Shown piece by piece: positions 10,256-19,654 of a stretch of DNA of 64,000 nt. Source of the DNA: Candidatus Omnitrophota bacterium (GTDB taxonomy: Bacteria > Omnitrophota > Gorgyraeia > 2-01-FULL-45-10); assembly GCA_030695905.1 (NCBI GenBank), contig JAUYOL010000001.1:66023-130022 (forward strand). Direction: 5' to 3'. The first letter of the stretch is position 1, and every line of letters begins with the position of its first letter. Both the position numbers and the translations under genes were made by a program. The notes under the pieces are model-generated. The model was not told the origin of the DNA, did not search any database, and saw only the letters and a list, made by a program, of their open reading frames with translations.

Positions 10256-12053
10256 GGTTACCCCCTTTTTTAGGCAGCGCGAAATAAAACGTTGCCCCTT
10301 CACCGGTTTTGCCTTCTGCCCAGATCCTGCCCCCGTGCCGGTCAATGATCTGACGCGCGATAGCCAGGCCGACTCCTGTTCCCTCGAACTGGGCTTCATC
10401 ATGGAGCCTCTGGAATATTTCAAATAATTTATCCATATATTTCATATCAAATCCTACGCCGTTATCTTTCACATAATATTTATTTTCTTTCGCGTCGCTT
10501 ATACAGCCTATCTCAATAGTACCCATTTTTTTAGATCTTGTAAATTTGGCTGCGTTTGACAGTATATTGTACCAGACATGATGCATAAGGCTTGGATCGC
10601 CATTTGCGGGAGGGATATCTTTTATATCTATCTTTAATGTTCGGTCAGGCGTTATCTCATCCTTCATATCTTCTAATACACATTTTACGATTTTTTCCAT
10701 ATCGATATGGCGCATTTGTACCTTTTGGCGTCCCAAGTGCGCGAATCGAAGCAGGTCTTCTATCAGCAGGCCCATCTTTTTCACATTTTTGCGTATAGTG
10801 ACAAGGTTATGCTTGCCGGCATCATCGAGCTTATCACCATAATCTTCCAGTAGCATACGGCTAAATCCGTCTATTGATCGAAGAGGGGCCCGAAGATCAT
10901 GCGATACGGAGTAATTGAAGGCATCGAGCTGTTTATTCGTCTCCTCAAGCTCCGTCGTGCGCTCTCTCGCCAATTCTTCGAGATGCCCGCGATATTGCTC
11001 TAATTCATTCTCTATCTTCTTGCGCTCGGAAATTTCCCTGCTTAATCTCTCAAGCGTGCCGGCAGTAGTCTTGGCTATATAAAATGACGCAGCGGCAGAT
11101 AGCACCAAAACAAAGACAAATATACCTATAAGAAAATTTCTTAGCGTTGTTACATCGGTAAATGCTTCGTCGCAGTCTATTTTTGCCACTATGCCCCATT
11201 CGGAAGAGGGTATATAGTCCCAGGCCGCTATAACATCCCTATTTCGATAGTCGGTCGAATGGCCGCCCCCTTTTACGCCTAATACAGCACGCTGGGCAGG
11301 TATGGCCGTTTTTTCTCCTATGCGGATCTTTTTTGTAAGAGTCGCTTTGGGATCGTGCCGAAGAGGATTTAGAAAGAGGATCTCGTTCCCTATTTTTTTG
11401 CACAGCAACGTCTCTCCGGTATTGCCCAGTCCCGTTGTGTCCTGGACAAGATTATAGAATTGGGTCATATTGACCTCGAAAACTATGACACCTACAAGGA
11501 GGCCATCGGAGCCAAGAACAGGAGCGCTTATAAGAAGCGCTGGTTTGCCTTCCCGCATCTCATCCAAAAATATATCTGTAAAATATACGCCGGTTTTTCC
11601 CTCGGAAAAGGCTTTTTGTTCCGAGTCTTGCAGGCTTCGCAGAAGATGCTTTGGGTATTGGCGGGGATTTGAAGTGTATACTATCTTTCCGGTGGGTTCA
11701 ACTAATATAATTTCGTATAGATCCAGAATGTACTGCATTGGCCTTAATTGTTCGTCCAGGGCCTCTTTGGCAGACATGAATTCAGCCTTCGATGTGTCAC
11801 CCGAAAGCCTTGTCAATATTGGCAGATTTTTCCTGATCATCCAGAAATTCTGCGCCATCTTTATGCTATTCTCAAGTCCTTTGAAGTATGTGTTGATTTT
11901 ATCTGCCTTGAAGGCTACTATGTCTTCAAGCGAGGAGATGTGATGCTTTTCAATCGATCGTGCATAGTTAATGAAAGTTAAAGCGGCAATAAGAATAGTT
12001 GGGATTAAAGCGATGGCAAGAAAAATAAAGGTAAGCCTTGACCTGATAGACAT
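10233..12053 (-). CDS. sensor histidine kinase with periplasmic Cache-like domain
   Basis: Two TM helices around a ~270-aa extracytoplasmic domain. His[13 protein letters not shown]. HATPase_c [12 protein letters not shown]. Confidence 0.85.
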   Translation of the reverse strand: MSIRSRLTFIFLAIALIPTILIAALTFINYARSIEKHHISSLEDIVAFKADKINTYFKGLENSIKMAQNFWMIRKNLPILTRLSGDTSKAEFMSAKEALDEQLRPMQYILDLYEIILVEPTGKIVYTSNPRQYPKHLLRSLQDSEQKAFSEGKTGVYFTDIFLDEMREGKPALLISAPVLGSDGLLVGVIVFEVNMTQFYNLVQDTTGLGNTGETLLCKKIGNEILFLNPLRHDPKATLTKKIRIGEKTAIPAQRAVLGVKGGGHSTDYRNRDVIAAWDYIPSSEWGIVAKIDCDEAFTDVTTLRNFLIGIFVFVLVLSAAASFYIAKTTAGTLERLSREISERKKIENELEQYRGHLEELARERTTELEETNKQLDAFNYSVSHDLRAPLRSIDGFSRMLLEDYGDKLDDAGKHNLVTIRKNVKKMGLLIEDLLRFAHLGRQKVQMRHIDMEKIVKCVLEDMKDEITPDRTLKIDIKDIPPANGDPSLMHHVWYNILSNAAKFTRSKKMGTIEIGCISDAKENKYYVKDNGVGFDMKYMDKLFEIFQRLHDEAQFEGTGVGLAIARQIIDRHGGRIWAEGKTGEGATFYFALPKKGGNHGNKRSG

Positions 12054-12124
12054 ACGATTATGGCCCCCCGAGCAGCCCTACCTTCGAGTATAGCACAATA
12101 ATCAAAACAGTCAATCAGTTGTGA

Positions 12125-12202
12125 TGGCGGGGACGACGGGGGTCGAACCCGCGACCTTCAGATCGACAATCTGACGTTCTAACCAAACTGAACTACGTCC
12201 CC
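12125..12202 (-). tRNA. tRNA-Asp (anticodon GTC)
   Basis: Reverse complement folds as a cloverleaf with loop ttGTCga, T-loop GGTTCGA and 3' CCA. Confidence 0.85.
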
Positions 12203-12327
12203 AATTTTACGAAGTGAAATGTGTGAGGTATTATATACTTACCGCCCGAATATAGCAAGATTTTTTTAAGGATTATTTGTATTGCTAAAAATAGAGTGGT
12301 ATACTTTAACCAAAAACTAAAACCTGC

Positions 12328-13779
12328 ATGATAAAGTTCAAAAATAAAGTTCTGGTAATCGGATATGGCTCGGTCGCCAAATGCACGCTGCCGATACTAT
12401 TAAAACACATCGATATACCACACAAAAACATCACAATAATAGATTTTATAGATAAAAGAAAAGAATTGCAGCCGTGGATCAAAAAAGGCATTAAGTATTT
12501 TCAGGAAAAAGTCACCCCCATAAATATAAACCAGCTTTTATCAAAACATGTTTCATCAGGCGGGCTTGTCATAGACCTCGCATGGAACATAGAATGTCTG
12601 GATATGCTAAGCTGGTGCCACGATAACAAAGTTTTATACATCAACACTTCCGTCGAGGAATGGGATCCTTACGCGGGCATTCACAATAAAAGCGCGTTTA
12701 AAAAATCTCTGTACTATAAACAGATGCAGATACGCGATATGGTGTCCAAATGGAGCAACGGTTTTATCACGGCCGTCTTGGACCATGGCGCGAATCCGGG
12801 GCTCATTTCGCATTTTACCAAAAAAGGCATCACAGATATCGCGTTAAAATACATTAAGGATAAAACCGTTCAGAAAAATCACGCAAAAAATATAGAGCGT
12901 CTTTTAAGCAGTAAAAATTTTTCCCGGCTTGCGATGATGTTAGGGATAAAGGTAATTCATATAAGCGAGCGGGACACTCAAGTGACAAACAGGCCCAAAG
13001 AAGTAGACGAATTTGTCGGCACGTGGAGCATAGAGGGGCTAAGGGAAGAAGGCATCTCCCCTTCCGAGATGGGGTGGGGTACACATGAAAAAGAGCCCGG
13101 TTTAATACATAGCGTCCCTCCATATGGCCCGAAAAATCAGATATTTTTGTCACAGATGGGGATGAATACGTGGGTAAGGACATGGGTGCCTAACGAAGAG
13201 ATCGTAGGTATGGTGATAAGGCATGCGGAGGCCTTCAGCATATCTGACAATCTTACTGTGCATGAAAAAGGCCGGGCGGTTTACAGGCCCACGGTGCACT
13301 ATGCCTATATGCCGTGCAATGAGACTATAGCGTCGCTTCATGAATTACGCGCCAGAAATTACGAACTGCAGAAAAAACAGCGCATAATGAGTGATGAGAT
13401 AAAAAGCGGCGCTGATATATTGGGCGCGCTTATCATGGGCCACAAATATAATTCGTGGTGGACGGGCAGCGTGCTTAGCATAGAGTCTTCGAGAAGACTG
13501 GTGCCGCACCAGAACGCCACAACGATGCAGGTCGCTATAGGAGTCGTATCGGGCATAATGTGGATGATAGAAAACCCGGATAAGGGCGTAAATGCGCCTG
13601 ATGATCTGCCGCACGAGTATATACTAAATATAGCCAAGCCTTACTTAGGAAAGCTTGTATCGGAACCTTCGGATTGGACCCCCCTGAAGAATTATAGGGT
13701 ATTTTTCAAAGAGAACCACTCTGCTCACCTCGATAAAAGAAATATCTGGGCCTTCAAAAACTTCCTATTCAAAGATTAA
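12328..13779 (+). CDS. homospermidine synthase-like (saccharopine dehydrogenase family NAD-binding)
   Basis: N-terminal Rossmann VLVIGYGSVAKCTLP. ~480 aa length matches bacterial Hss. Confidence 0.55.
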   Translation: MIKFKNKVLVIGYGSVAKCTLPILLKHIDIPHKNITIIDFIDKRKELQPWIKKGIKYFQEKVTPININQLLSKHVSSGGLVIDLAWNIECLDMLSWCHDNKVLYINTSVEEWDPYAGIHNKSAFKKSLYYKQMQIRDMVSKWSNGFITAVLDHGANPGLISHFTKKGITDIALKYIKDKTVQKNHAKNIERLLSSKNFSRLAMMLGIKVIHISERDTQVTNRPKEVDEFVGTWSIEGLREEGISPSEMGWGTHEKEPGLIHSVPPYGPKNQIFLSQMGMNTWVRTWVPNEEIVGMVIRHAEAFSISDNLTVHEKGRAVYRPTVHYAYMPCNETIASLHELRARNYELQKKQRIMSDEIKSGADILGALIMGHKYNSWWTGSVLSIESSRRLVPHQNATTMQVAIGVVSGIMWMIENPDKGVNAPDDLPHEYILNIAKPYLGKLVSEPSDWTPLKNYRVFFKENHSAHLDKRNIWAFKNFLFKD

Positions 13780-13871
13780 AATCTGTTAGAAATAAAAAAA
13801 CTTGCTTTTGCCCATTGTAAATTACTATCTTATGATATATACTCTAATTAAGAGAAAAGAAAGAAATCTAT

Positions 13872-13958
13872 ATCGATAAAGGCAAACCTAGCGAAAGCTA
13901 TGGGACGCAAAACTAAAGAACCTAAAGCCGTAAGGCCATGGTAGTCAGTCGCCGAAAA
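13872..13958 (+). ncRNA. candidate c-di-GMP-I (GEMM) riboswitch
   Basis: GGCAAACC ... tagcGAAAgcta (GNRA hairpin) ... GGGACGCAAA ... gccGTAAggc ... GGTAGTCAGTCGCC. This closely follows the Vc2-type GEMM-I consensus. Sits in the 5' leader of ORF 14029. Confidence 0.55.
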
Positions 13959-14028
13959 TAGGTTAATAGTCTATTGGCGGTGTACCATGTGCAAACGGCT
14001 TAATTTTTTATCATGGGGGGTGATTTAG

Positions 14029-14349
14029 ATGCGCTCTATGGCAAAGCAGGTATTAAAAATAGCAATCCTGGCTATAATTTTGACCATAGTCGCTCTATAT
14101 ACCCCGGTATATTTTTCTGGACCTTATGGTCTATCTTACAGCTCCACCATCCATGCCTCCGCACAGGAAAAAAACGATAACATTGTGATAGATAGCTATT
14201 GCGAATCAAGCGGTGTTAATTCGATAATAAATCTTGAAAACTGCAGTATGGCCAACAAAATCGCAATGGAGAAGGGCCAGATAAGGATAGTAAGAGATAA
14301 TGCCGGAGAGCCTGAAAACGCTTACGCGAAAAATATAGAAGATGAATAA
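14029..14349 (+). CDS. hypothetical secreted/membrane protein (riboswitch-controlled)
   Basis: N-terminal hydrophobic signal/anchor. Lies downstream of the GEMM-like leader. Confidence 0.5.
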   Translation: MRSMAKQVLKIAILAIILTIVALYTPVYFSGPYGLSYSSTIHASAQEKNDNIVIDSYCESSGVNSIINLENCSMANKIAMEKGQIRIVRDNAGEPENAYAKNIEDE

Positions 14350-14382
14350 TCCAGAGCCTTTTTACAATTATGTGGTATAATA

Positions 14383-14414
14383 CTCCCCGTTAGAATTAAC
14401 ACGGGGAGTTTTTT
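14383..14414 (+). terminator. hairpin + T6, terminator of ORF 14029 overlapping extended -10 promoter (tgtggTATAAT at 14371-14381)
   Basis: ctccccg-N12-cggggag followed by tttttt immediately before the ATG at 14415. The right arm doubles as a GGGGAG Shine-Dalgarno. Confidence 0.4.
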
Positions 14415-14810
14415 ATGGATAAAAAACCTTATATTCTTGTAGTGGACGATGAAAGCGACGCGCGCTCGATGGTGATAGATTTTCTGAAAGAGCGCTATGA
14501 GTGTGAGTTTGCCGAGGCAAAAGACGGCGAAGAGGCGGTAAACTTTTTGAAGTGTCACCCATGCGACCTGATGATCCTCGATATAAAGATGCCTAAAAAA
14601 GGCGGTATCGCGGTAATAAAAGAAGCGAGAGAGATTAACCCAAAGCTCGATATATTAGTGGTATCAGCCTGGGTGAGCGACGAAGTGTCTCAGGAAGCGG
14701 TTGAAAGCGGCGCGACCGACTATCTGGTCAAGCCGATAGACCTTAAAGTTGTGGCAATGAAATTTTCCGATATCTTAAAGAAGAAAGGGTATCTGGTTAG
14801 TAAGATTTAG
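14415..14810 (+). CDS. response regulator receiver protein (stand-alone)
   Basis: ILVVDDESD ... LMILDIKMPKKGG ... YLVKP. Confidence 0.8.
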   Translation: MDKKPYILVVDDESDARSMVIDFLKERYECEFAEAKDGEEAVNFLKCHPCDLMILDIKMPKKGGIAVIKEAREINPKLDILVVSAWVSDEVSQEAVESGATDYLVKPIDLKVVAMKFSDILKKKGYLVSKI

Positions 14811-15387
14811 GATTCTGGATTATTATGCAGCGCGCTTTTAAGCTGTGTGAAGGATTCTCGAAATGATGCGGAAGACTGCTTAAAAATGAAAGAGAATCGC
14901 CTTTACTTAAAAGGTGCTTCTCTCCCCCGACAAAAACCTGCGTCTCTCCCTGTAATATTATTATCAGCTTTTCAAAACTATTTGTATCCTGCGGATCCTG
15001 CTCTTCCCTTGTCGCTCCTCCGGGACGAAGTATCAGTTCCATCGCCAAAAACCTCATGCTGCGCGGGCTCAAAATCTCCGCGATCGCTTTGCCATTATAT
15101 ATGTACTCATTATTTGCCCTGTCTTTGCGGCGCATTATTGTCACTATTTTTGATACTTCTTTATCAGTGCCTTCAACCAGCTCTTTTAAGGATATGCCAA
15201 GGCCCGTTGAGATCTGATACAGGCTTCTTAAGCGGATAGTGTCTCTGCGGCCTTTTTCAAGCCGGCATAGAGAGTAGTATGTCAGCGCTCTTTTGCCGAA
15301 TATATCGACAAGTTTTTTGTGGAAGTCTTTAAGGCTGACCTTTAGTACGGTTTTTCTTAAGTAGCGGATCTTTTCCGAAAGTTTCAT
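14797..15387 (-). CDS. XRE-family HTH transcriptional regulator with C-terminal cupin domain
   Basis: N-terminal HTH_3-like. C-terminal cupin beta-barrel pattern (G(X)5HXH-like ... PHHF). Confidence 0.65.
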   Translation of the reverse strand: MKLSEKIRYLRKTVLKVSLKDFHKKLVDIFGKRALTYYSLCRLEKGRRDTIRLRSLYQISTGLGISLKELVEGTDKEVSKIVTIMRRKDRANNEYIYNGKAIAEILSPRSMRFLAMELILRPGGATREEQDPQDTNSFEKLIIILQGETQVFVGGEKHLLSKGDSLSFLSSLPHHFENPSHSLKARCIIIQNPKSY

Positions 15388-15593
15388 ATGTCACCTTTGT
15401 TCTGTCAGAAGAAAGTATACAACGAAACTCTTTAACTGTCAATAGAAAAATTGATTTTTTGTGTAGATTTTTTATATAAAACAGCAAAAATATATAACTT
15501 TTTTAGTTCCTAATTAATTAACATAACTTATTCATAATAAATAAGTTATGAGGTTACAAAAATATAATAATTGACGTTTCATTTTAAAAATAC

Positions 15594-15622
15594 TTGACAA
15601 ACAGCAATTCGTATGCTATATT
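15594..15622 (+). promoter_or_regulatory. sigma70-like promoter (TTGACA-17-TATATT) for ORF 15656
   Basis: Consensus -35/-10 with 17-nt spacer. AGGAGG ribosome-binding site at 15640. Confidence 0.4.
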
Positions 15623-15655
15623 TGAAGTGTAATACAAAGAGGAGGGGAAAAGAAA

Positions 15656-15994
15656 ATGATGACTCTAAAAATGGCAATAATAGCGATGATGATAAGTTCT
15701 TCAGCGGTACCTTTTAACGGTTCAGATGTAAATAAGGCGATTGAGCATCCGAGGATTTCCGAAGTAATGGATTATTCAGTACCAAAAGATACCAGCGCCC
15801 TCGATGTTAAGGATATAGCGGATGCTCAATATGCGCCTGTTGATCAGGCCGCACCGGTAGAAGAGGCCGTTTCTGCCAGGCAGACTGTCAACGGAGACAA
15901 GACATATGAACAATGCATGAGAGAAGAGTTTGAACGCATATATGAAGAAATAAACAGGATGCTTAATGAGGTGGTTGATCGTTGTGACAAGTAG
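15656..15994 (+). CDS. hypothetical protein with N-terminal hydrophobic segment
   Basis: ORF with a strong ribosome-binding site. No recognisable domain. Confidence 0.45.
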   Translation: MMTLKMAIIAMMISSSAVPFNGSDVNKAIEHPRISEVMDYSVPKDTSALDVKDIADAQYAPVDQAAPVEEAVSARQTVNGDKTYEQCMREEFERIYEEINRMLNEVVDRCDK

Positions 15995-16039
15995 TTGTAG
16001 TTGCATAGAGTGATATTGTAGTGTTATAATAATCGCCCT

Positions 16040-16759
16040 ATGAGACAAGCATTATCAGCAGCAATCTGGATCTTCGTGGCACTTCTTACCGTACTCTTGT
16101 ACCTCGCAATGTTGTTCTTCGTAATAGTCCTTTATCCATTTGATAAGAAACGAAAAGTCGCGCATGCGCAGTGTTACTGGTGGAGCGATGCCCTTCTAAA
16201 GTTTAATCCGGGCTGGAAGATGGATATTTCCGGGCTCGAAAATATTGACAAGAAGAAAACGTATGTTATAGTAGCTAATCACCAGAGCCTGGCGGACATA
16301 ATAGTTTTATACCAGATAAAGACGCAGTTTAAATGGGTTGCCAAGGAGAGCCTTTTTAATATACCATTTTTAGGATGGTGCATGTCGCTTGCCAGGCACA
16401 TAAAGCTGGAGCGGGGCAAGCTTACAAGCATAAAAAAGGTATATCGTGAGGCCGCGGAATGGTTGAGGCAGGATATGTCGGTGTTATTTTTTCCTGAGGG
16501 CACCAGAAGCGAAACGGACAGGATGAATGAATTTCAGAACGGCGCGTTCAAACTTGCCATAAAAGAGAAGAGATATGTTCTGCCGATACTTATCAAGGGA
16601 ACGAGAGACGCCATACCAAAGCATGGCCGGCAATTTGCGGATAAGATGCATTGCACACTAAGGGTGTTGCCGGAGATAGATACGTCGAGATTTGGTCCGG
16701 GCGATTTCGAGCTTTTGAGAGATGAAGCGCGTTCAAAAATGGAGGCCGTATCAACGTGA
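16040..16759 (+). CDS. plsC: 1-acyl-sn-glycerol-3-phosphate acyltransferase
   Basis: LPLAT motifs NHQSLADI (HX4D) and FPEGTRS. Confidence 0.8.
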   Translation: MRQALSAAIWIFVALLTVLLYLAMLFFVIVLYPFDKKRKVAHAQCYWWSDALLKFNPGWKMDISGLENIDKKKTYVIVANHQSLADIIVLYQIKTQFKWVAKESLFNIPFLGWCMSLARHIKLERGKLTSIKKVYREAAEWLRQDMSVLFFPEGTRSETDRMNEFQNGAFKLAIKEKRYVLPILIKGTRDAIPKHGRQFADKMHCTLRVLPEIDTSRFGPGDFELLRDEARSKMEAVST

Positions 16760-17079
16760 TTACATATGATGATTTCAAAAAAGTAGAGTTAAAGATAGCA
16801 AAGATCCTTGAAGCCGAAGAGGTTGCCGGAGCGGAGAAACTGTTAAAGCTCCAGATAGATCTGGGTAATTCCGAAAAAAGACAGATCGTAGCCGGTATAA
16901 AGAAACAATATCAGGCGAAAGATCTTATTGGCAAGGAGATAGCGGTTATTACAAATCTCGAGCCCCGTATGGTGATGGGGATAGAGAGTAACGGCATGCT
17001 TTTGGCCGCGTCCGGGGACGCCGGGCCCGTTATTCTTATACCTGAAAAAGAAGTTCCTCCCGGAAGCGGGATAAAATAG
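16756..17079 (+). CDS. tRNA-binding domain protein (CsaA/Trbp111-like, MetRS C-terminal-like OB fold)
   Basis: FKKVELKIAKILEAEEV ... LQIDLG ... motif of the EMAP/CsaA tRNA-binding domain. Confidence 0.7.
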   Translation: MITYDDFKKVELKIAKILEAEEVAGAEKLLKLQIDLGNSEKRQIVAGIKKQYQAKDLIGKEIAVITNLEPRMVMGIESNGMLLAASGDAGPVILIPEKEVPPGSGIK

Positions 17080-17091
17080 ACGGATATTGAC

Positions 17092-17168
17092 GCGCCTGTA
17101 ACTCACATGGATAGAGTACCTGGCTACGAACCAGGGTGTAGCAGGTTCGATCCCTGCCAGGCGCGCCA
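17092..17168 (+). tRNA. tRNA-Arg (anticodon ACG)
   Basis: Acceptor gcgcctg/caggcgc. Anticodon loop ctACGaa. T arm gcagg-ttcgatc-cctgc. 3' CCA. Confidence 0.8.
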
Positions 17169-17196
17169 TTTTAATAGTGATAAAGCACTAATTTAT

Positions 17197-17655
17197 ATGT
17201 CAAAACTCGACCAATACTACATGTCCGAGGCCTTGAAAGAGGCGCAGAAGGCTTTTGATGCCGATGATGTGCCGGTAGGGGCGGTTATCGTGCACGAGGG
17301 GCGGGTTATTGCCAGAGCCCATAATCAGATAAAATTGCTCAAAGACCCTACCGCTCACGCCGAGATGATAGCCATTACGCAGGCGGCCTCCTACCTGGCC
17401 AACGAGCGTTTGCTAAATACAACCATGTATGTTACAATTGAACCGTGTTCTATGTGCGCCGGAGCGCTTGTATTGGCTCGCGTAAAAAGGTTGGTTTACG
17501 GGGCATGCGACCCCAGGACAGGCGCATGCCATTCGGTCTTTAAGATCACCGATAATAAGCGATTAAATCACAGAATAAAGACTGAAAAAGGTGTATTGGA
17601 AAAAGAGTGCGTCTGGATGCTGAAAGAGTTCTTTAAGAAGAAACGGGTTAGATAA
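17197..17655 (+). CDS. tadA: tRNA-specific adenosine deaminase
   Basis: CDA-fold zinc motifs HAEMIAI and PCSMCAGA. Start trimmed to the Met downstream of the tRNA. Confidence 0.85.
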   Translation: MSKLDQYYMSEALKEAQKAFDADDVPVGAVIVHEGRVIARAHNQIKLLKDPTAHAEMIAITQAASYLANERLLNTTMYVTIEPCSMCAGALVLARVKRLVYGACDPRTGACHSVFKITDNKRLNHRIKTEKGVLEKECVWMLKEFFKKKRVR

Positions 17656-17665
17656 TCAGTAAAAC

Positions 17666-17757
17666 GGAGAGGTCGCCTAGTGGTCTATGGCGGCGGTTTG
17701 CTAAACCGCTATATGGGTAATACCGTATCGAGAGTTCAAATCTCTCCCTCTCCGCCA
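17666..17757 (+). tRNA. tRNA-Ser (anticodon GCT)
   Basis: Long variable arm. Loop ttGCTaa. T-loop TTCAAAT. 3' CCA. Confidence 0.85.
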
Positions 17758-17835
17758 GTTTTAAGAAGTAAGTTCTTCTCAAAGTAGGAATATGTGGTAT
17801 AATATCCCTACATACTAAATTTTGATCGAAGGGAG

Positions 17836-18219
17836 GTGTTAATAAAGATGAAAAAATTATTATTAGTACTTATCGCTCTTATGCTATCCGCTTCGATATC
17901 CTTTGCTCAGAATGATACGAAAGTCGTTGAGCCGGTAAAATCGGTGGTCGAGGGCATAGAGGCTGTAAGCGAATTCGTAGGTAAGGTAGTATCGGTTACC
18001 GTTGCCGAGCCGGCAAAGGGAGTGACTGAAAGCACGGTAAAAGTCAGCGACGAAATGGGTAATCCCGTATCGTTTACCGTAAGTTCAGCCGCGAAGATCA
18101 CAGACGCGTCCCTAAACGCTATTACATTAGGCCAGCTTAAGGAGGGCGAGAAGGTAAAAGTAAAAGCTATAAAGACAAAAGAGGGCAAGGGAGAGGCTAA
18201 GTCAATAGCTGTTCAGTAA
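17836..18219 (+). CDS. small secreted protein (paralog A)
   Basis: Signal peptide MKKLLLVLIALMLSASISFAQ. Shares a G-NPVSFTV motif with the next gene. Confidence 0.55.
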   Translation: MLIKMKKLLLVLIALMLSASISFAQNDTKVVEPVKSVVEGIEAVSEFVGKVVSVTVAEPAKGVTESTVKVSDEMGNPVSFTVSSAAKITDASLNAITLGQLKEGEKVKVKAIKTKEGKGEAKSIAVQ

Positions 18220-18272
18220 TTCTTGCGATTTGATGTACAATATCAAACTGTTAAAGAAAGGGGGCTATTGCG

Positions 18273-18608
18273 ATGAAAAAATTACTAATCGCTTTAATAG
18301 CTTTAACATTCGTAGTATCGCTGGCTTATGCCGAACAGGCAGGTCAGGCTGCTAAGAGCACCGAAGAATTGAAGACTTTTGTGGGCAAGATCGTATCGTT
18401 AGAATACGCCGATCCTACAAAAGGACTCGACAAGAACAATATGAAGGTTCTTGGCCCGGATGGTAACCCTGTTTCCTTCACGGTTCCGGTCACAGTAACG
18501 CTGCTTGACGCCGCGACAAGAGTTGTCACTCTGAATACCTTCAAAGTGGGTGACACTGTAAAGATTGAGCGCGTAAAGGGCGAAGTAAAGTCAGTACAGA
18601 AGCAATAA
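18273..18608 (+). CDS. small secreted protein (paralog B)
   Basis: Signal peptide. Motif GPDGNPVSFTVPV paralogous to ORF 17836. Confidence 0.55.
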   Translation: MKKLLIALIALTFVVSLAYAEQAGQAAKSTEELKTFVGKIVSLEYADPTKGLDKNNMKVLGPDGNPVSFTVPVTVTLLDAATRVVTLNTFKVGDTVKIERVKGEVKSVQKQ

Positions 18609-18630
18609 TTTCACACTAACGGATTATTCG

Positions 18631-18672
18631 AGACGGCAGGCATTTCTTTTGAAGTGTCTGCCGTCTTGGTTT
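18631..18672 (+). terminator. rho-independent terminator
   Basis: gacggcag-N18-ctgccgtc followed by a T-rich run. Confidence 0.5.
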
Positions 18673-18711
18673 AAATAGACTTTGTGCTGTAAATATGGTA
18701 TTATTGCCCAC

Positions 18712-19644
18712 ATGAAGAAGACTTTAAGGATACTGGGGCTGGTATTACTGATAGGGATAGTCTATTCTCTTATCCCCGTCACAGCACTGTATTTAGGGAA
18801 AGATGTAAGCGGGCCAACCAATGAACAGATCATCGAAAAGCTGAAAAACAATAAGGGTAATGTATTTTCGTTTATTGTTTTCGGCGACAACCACGCAGGC
18901 TTTATATTTAATGACAGCGCTTTCTTAAAAATAATACACAATATAAACAGGGAAAATAGATTCAAGAAGCTGAATATAGACTTTGTGACGAACCTCGGCG
19001 ATATATCCTTCATTAAAGGCACAGAGTGGGATTACCGTTTATATGACAGGCTGCGCGCAAAAATAAAATGGCCGGTCATAAGCTTGATGGGTAATCATGA
19101 CGATGAAAAAGGCAGCGACCGCAGGTTTAAAAAATATTTAGGCAAGAAAGAGTTCACCTTTACCGATCGGAACTCATACTTTATAGTTTTGGACAATAAT
19201 ATAACTTCGTTATCGGAAGAGCAGTGCAAGTGGCTCGAAGAGGAGCTGCAAAAATCAGCGTCTTACGCTCACCGTTTCATATTCATGCATAAACAGGCTA
19301 TGTCATTGTACCAGCAATCGTGGTTCAGGCCGGAATTGGGCAGCTGGTCCTACCGATTCATGAAGTTGTGCGAAAAATACAAGGTGGATATTGTGTTTGC
19401 CGGCCATGAACACATGTTCAGAGAGGCAACTTATGGCGGCGTGCGGTATGTAATGTCAGGTGGAGCGGGGATGCTTAACCAGATACCGGAAGCCGATGGC
19501 GGATATCTGCATTACCTGGTGGTACGCGTGTATGGCGATTATGTAGATTTCGAAGTGCGCAAGATTTTCCCGCCGCTTTGGGAATATTTCACATACTATA
19601 TGTGGAAAGAGCTGTTTTATCTTTTGAAGGATGTATTTTGCTAA
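18712..19644 (+). CDS. calcineurin-like metallophosphoesterase
   Basis: GDNH, GNHD and GHEH metal-binding motifs. N-terminal signal/anchor. Confidence 0.7.
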   Translation: MKKTLRILGLVLLIGIVYSLIPVTALYLGKDVSGPTNEQIIEKLKNNKGNVFSFIVFGDNHAGFIFNDSAFLKIIHNINRENRFKKLNIDFVTNLGDISFIKGTEWDYRLYDRLRAKIKWPVISLMGNHDDEKGSDRRFKKYLGKKEFTFTDRNSYFIVLDNNITSLSEEQCKWLEEELQKSASYAHRFIFMHKQAMSLYQQSWFRPELGSWSYRFMKLCEKYKVDIVFAGHEHMFREATYGGVRYVMSGGAGMLNQIPEADGGYLHYLVVRVYGDYVDFEVRKIFPPLWEYFTYYMWKELFYLLKDVFC

Positions 19645-19654
19645 CCCTTAGACG

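Noticed and set aside
10158-10427. 89-aa plus-strand ORF inside the REC/kinase overlap
   Set aside because: Antisense to two confident genes. No independent support.
12306-12491. 61-aa minus-strand ORF upstream of the homospermidine synthase-like gene
   Set aside because: It overlaps that gene's start and promoter region. Hydrophobic low-complexity sequence, probably spurious.
16843-17169. 108-aa minus-strand ORF beginning MARLAGIEPAT
   Set aside because: It is an antisense read-through of tRNA-Arg and the tRNA-binding protein gene. The GIEPAT-type translation is the classic artefact of a tRNA on the opposite strand.
17107-17196. Long N-terminal extension of TadA (ORF start 17107)
   Set aside because: It overlaps tRNA-Arg. 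A conserved TadA start (MSKLDQYYMSEA) is available at 17197.
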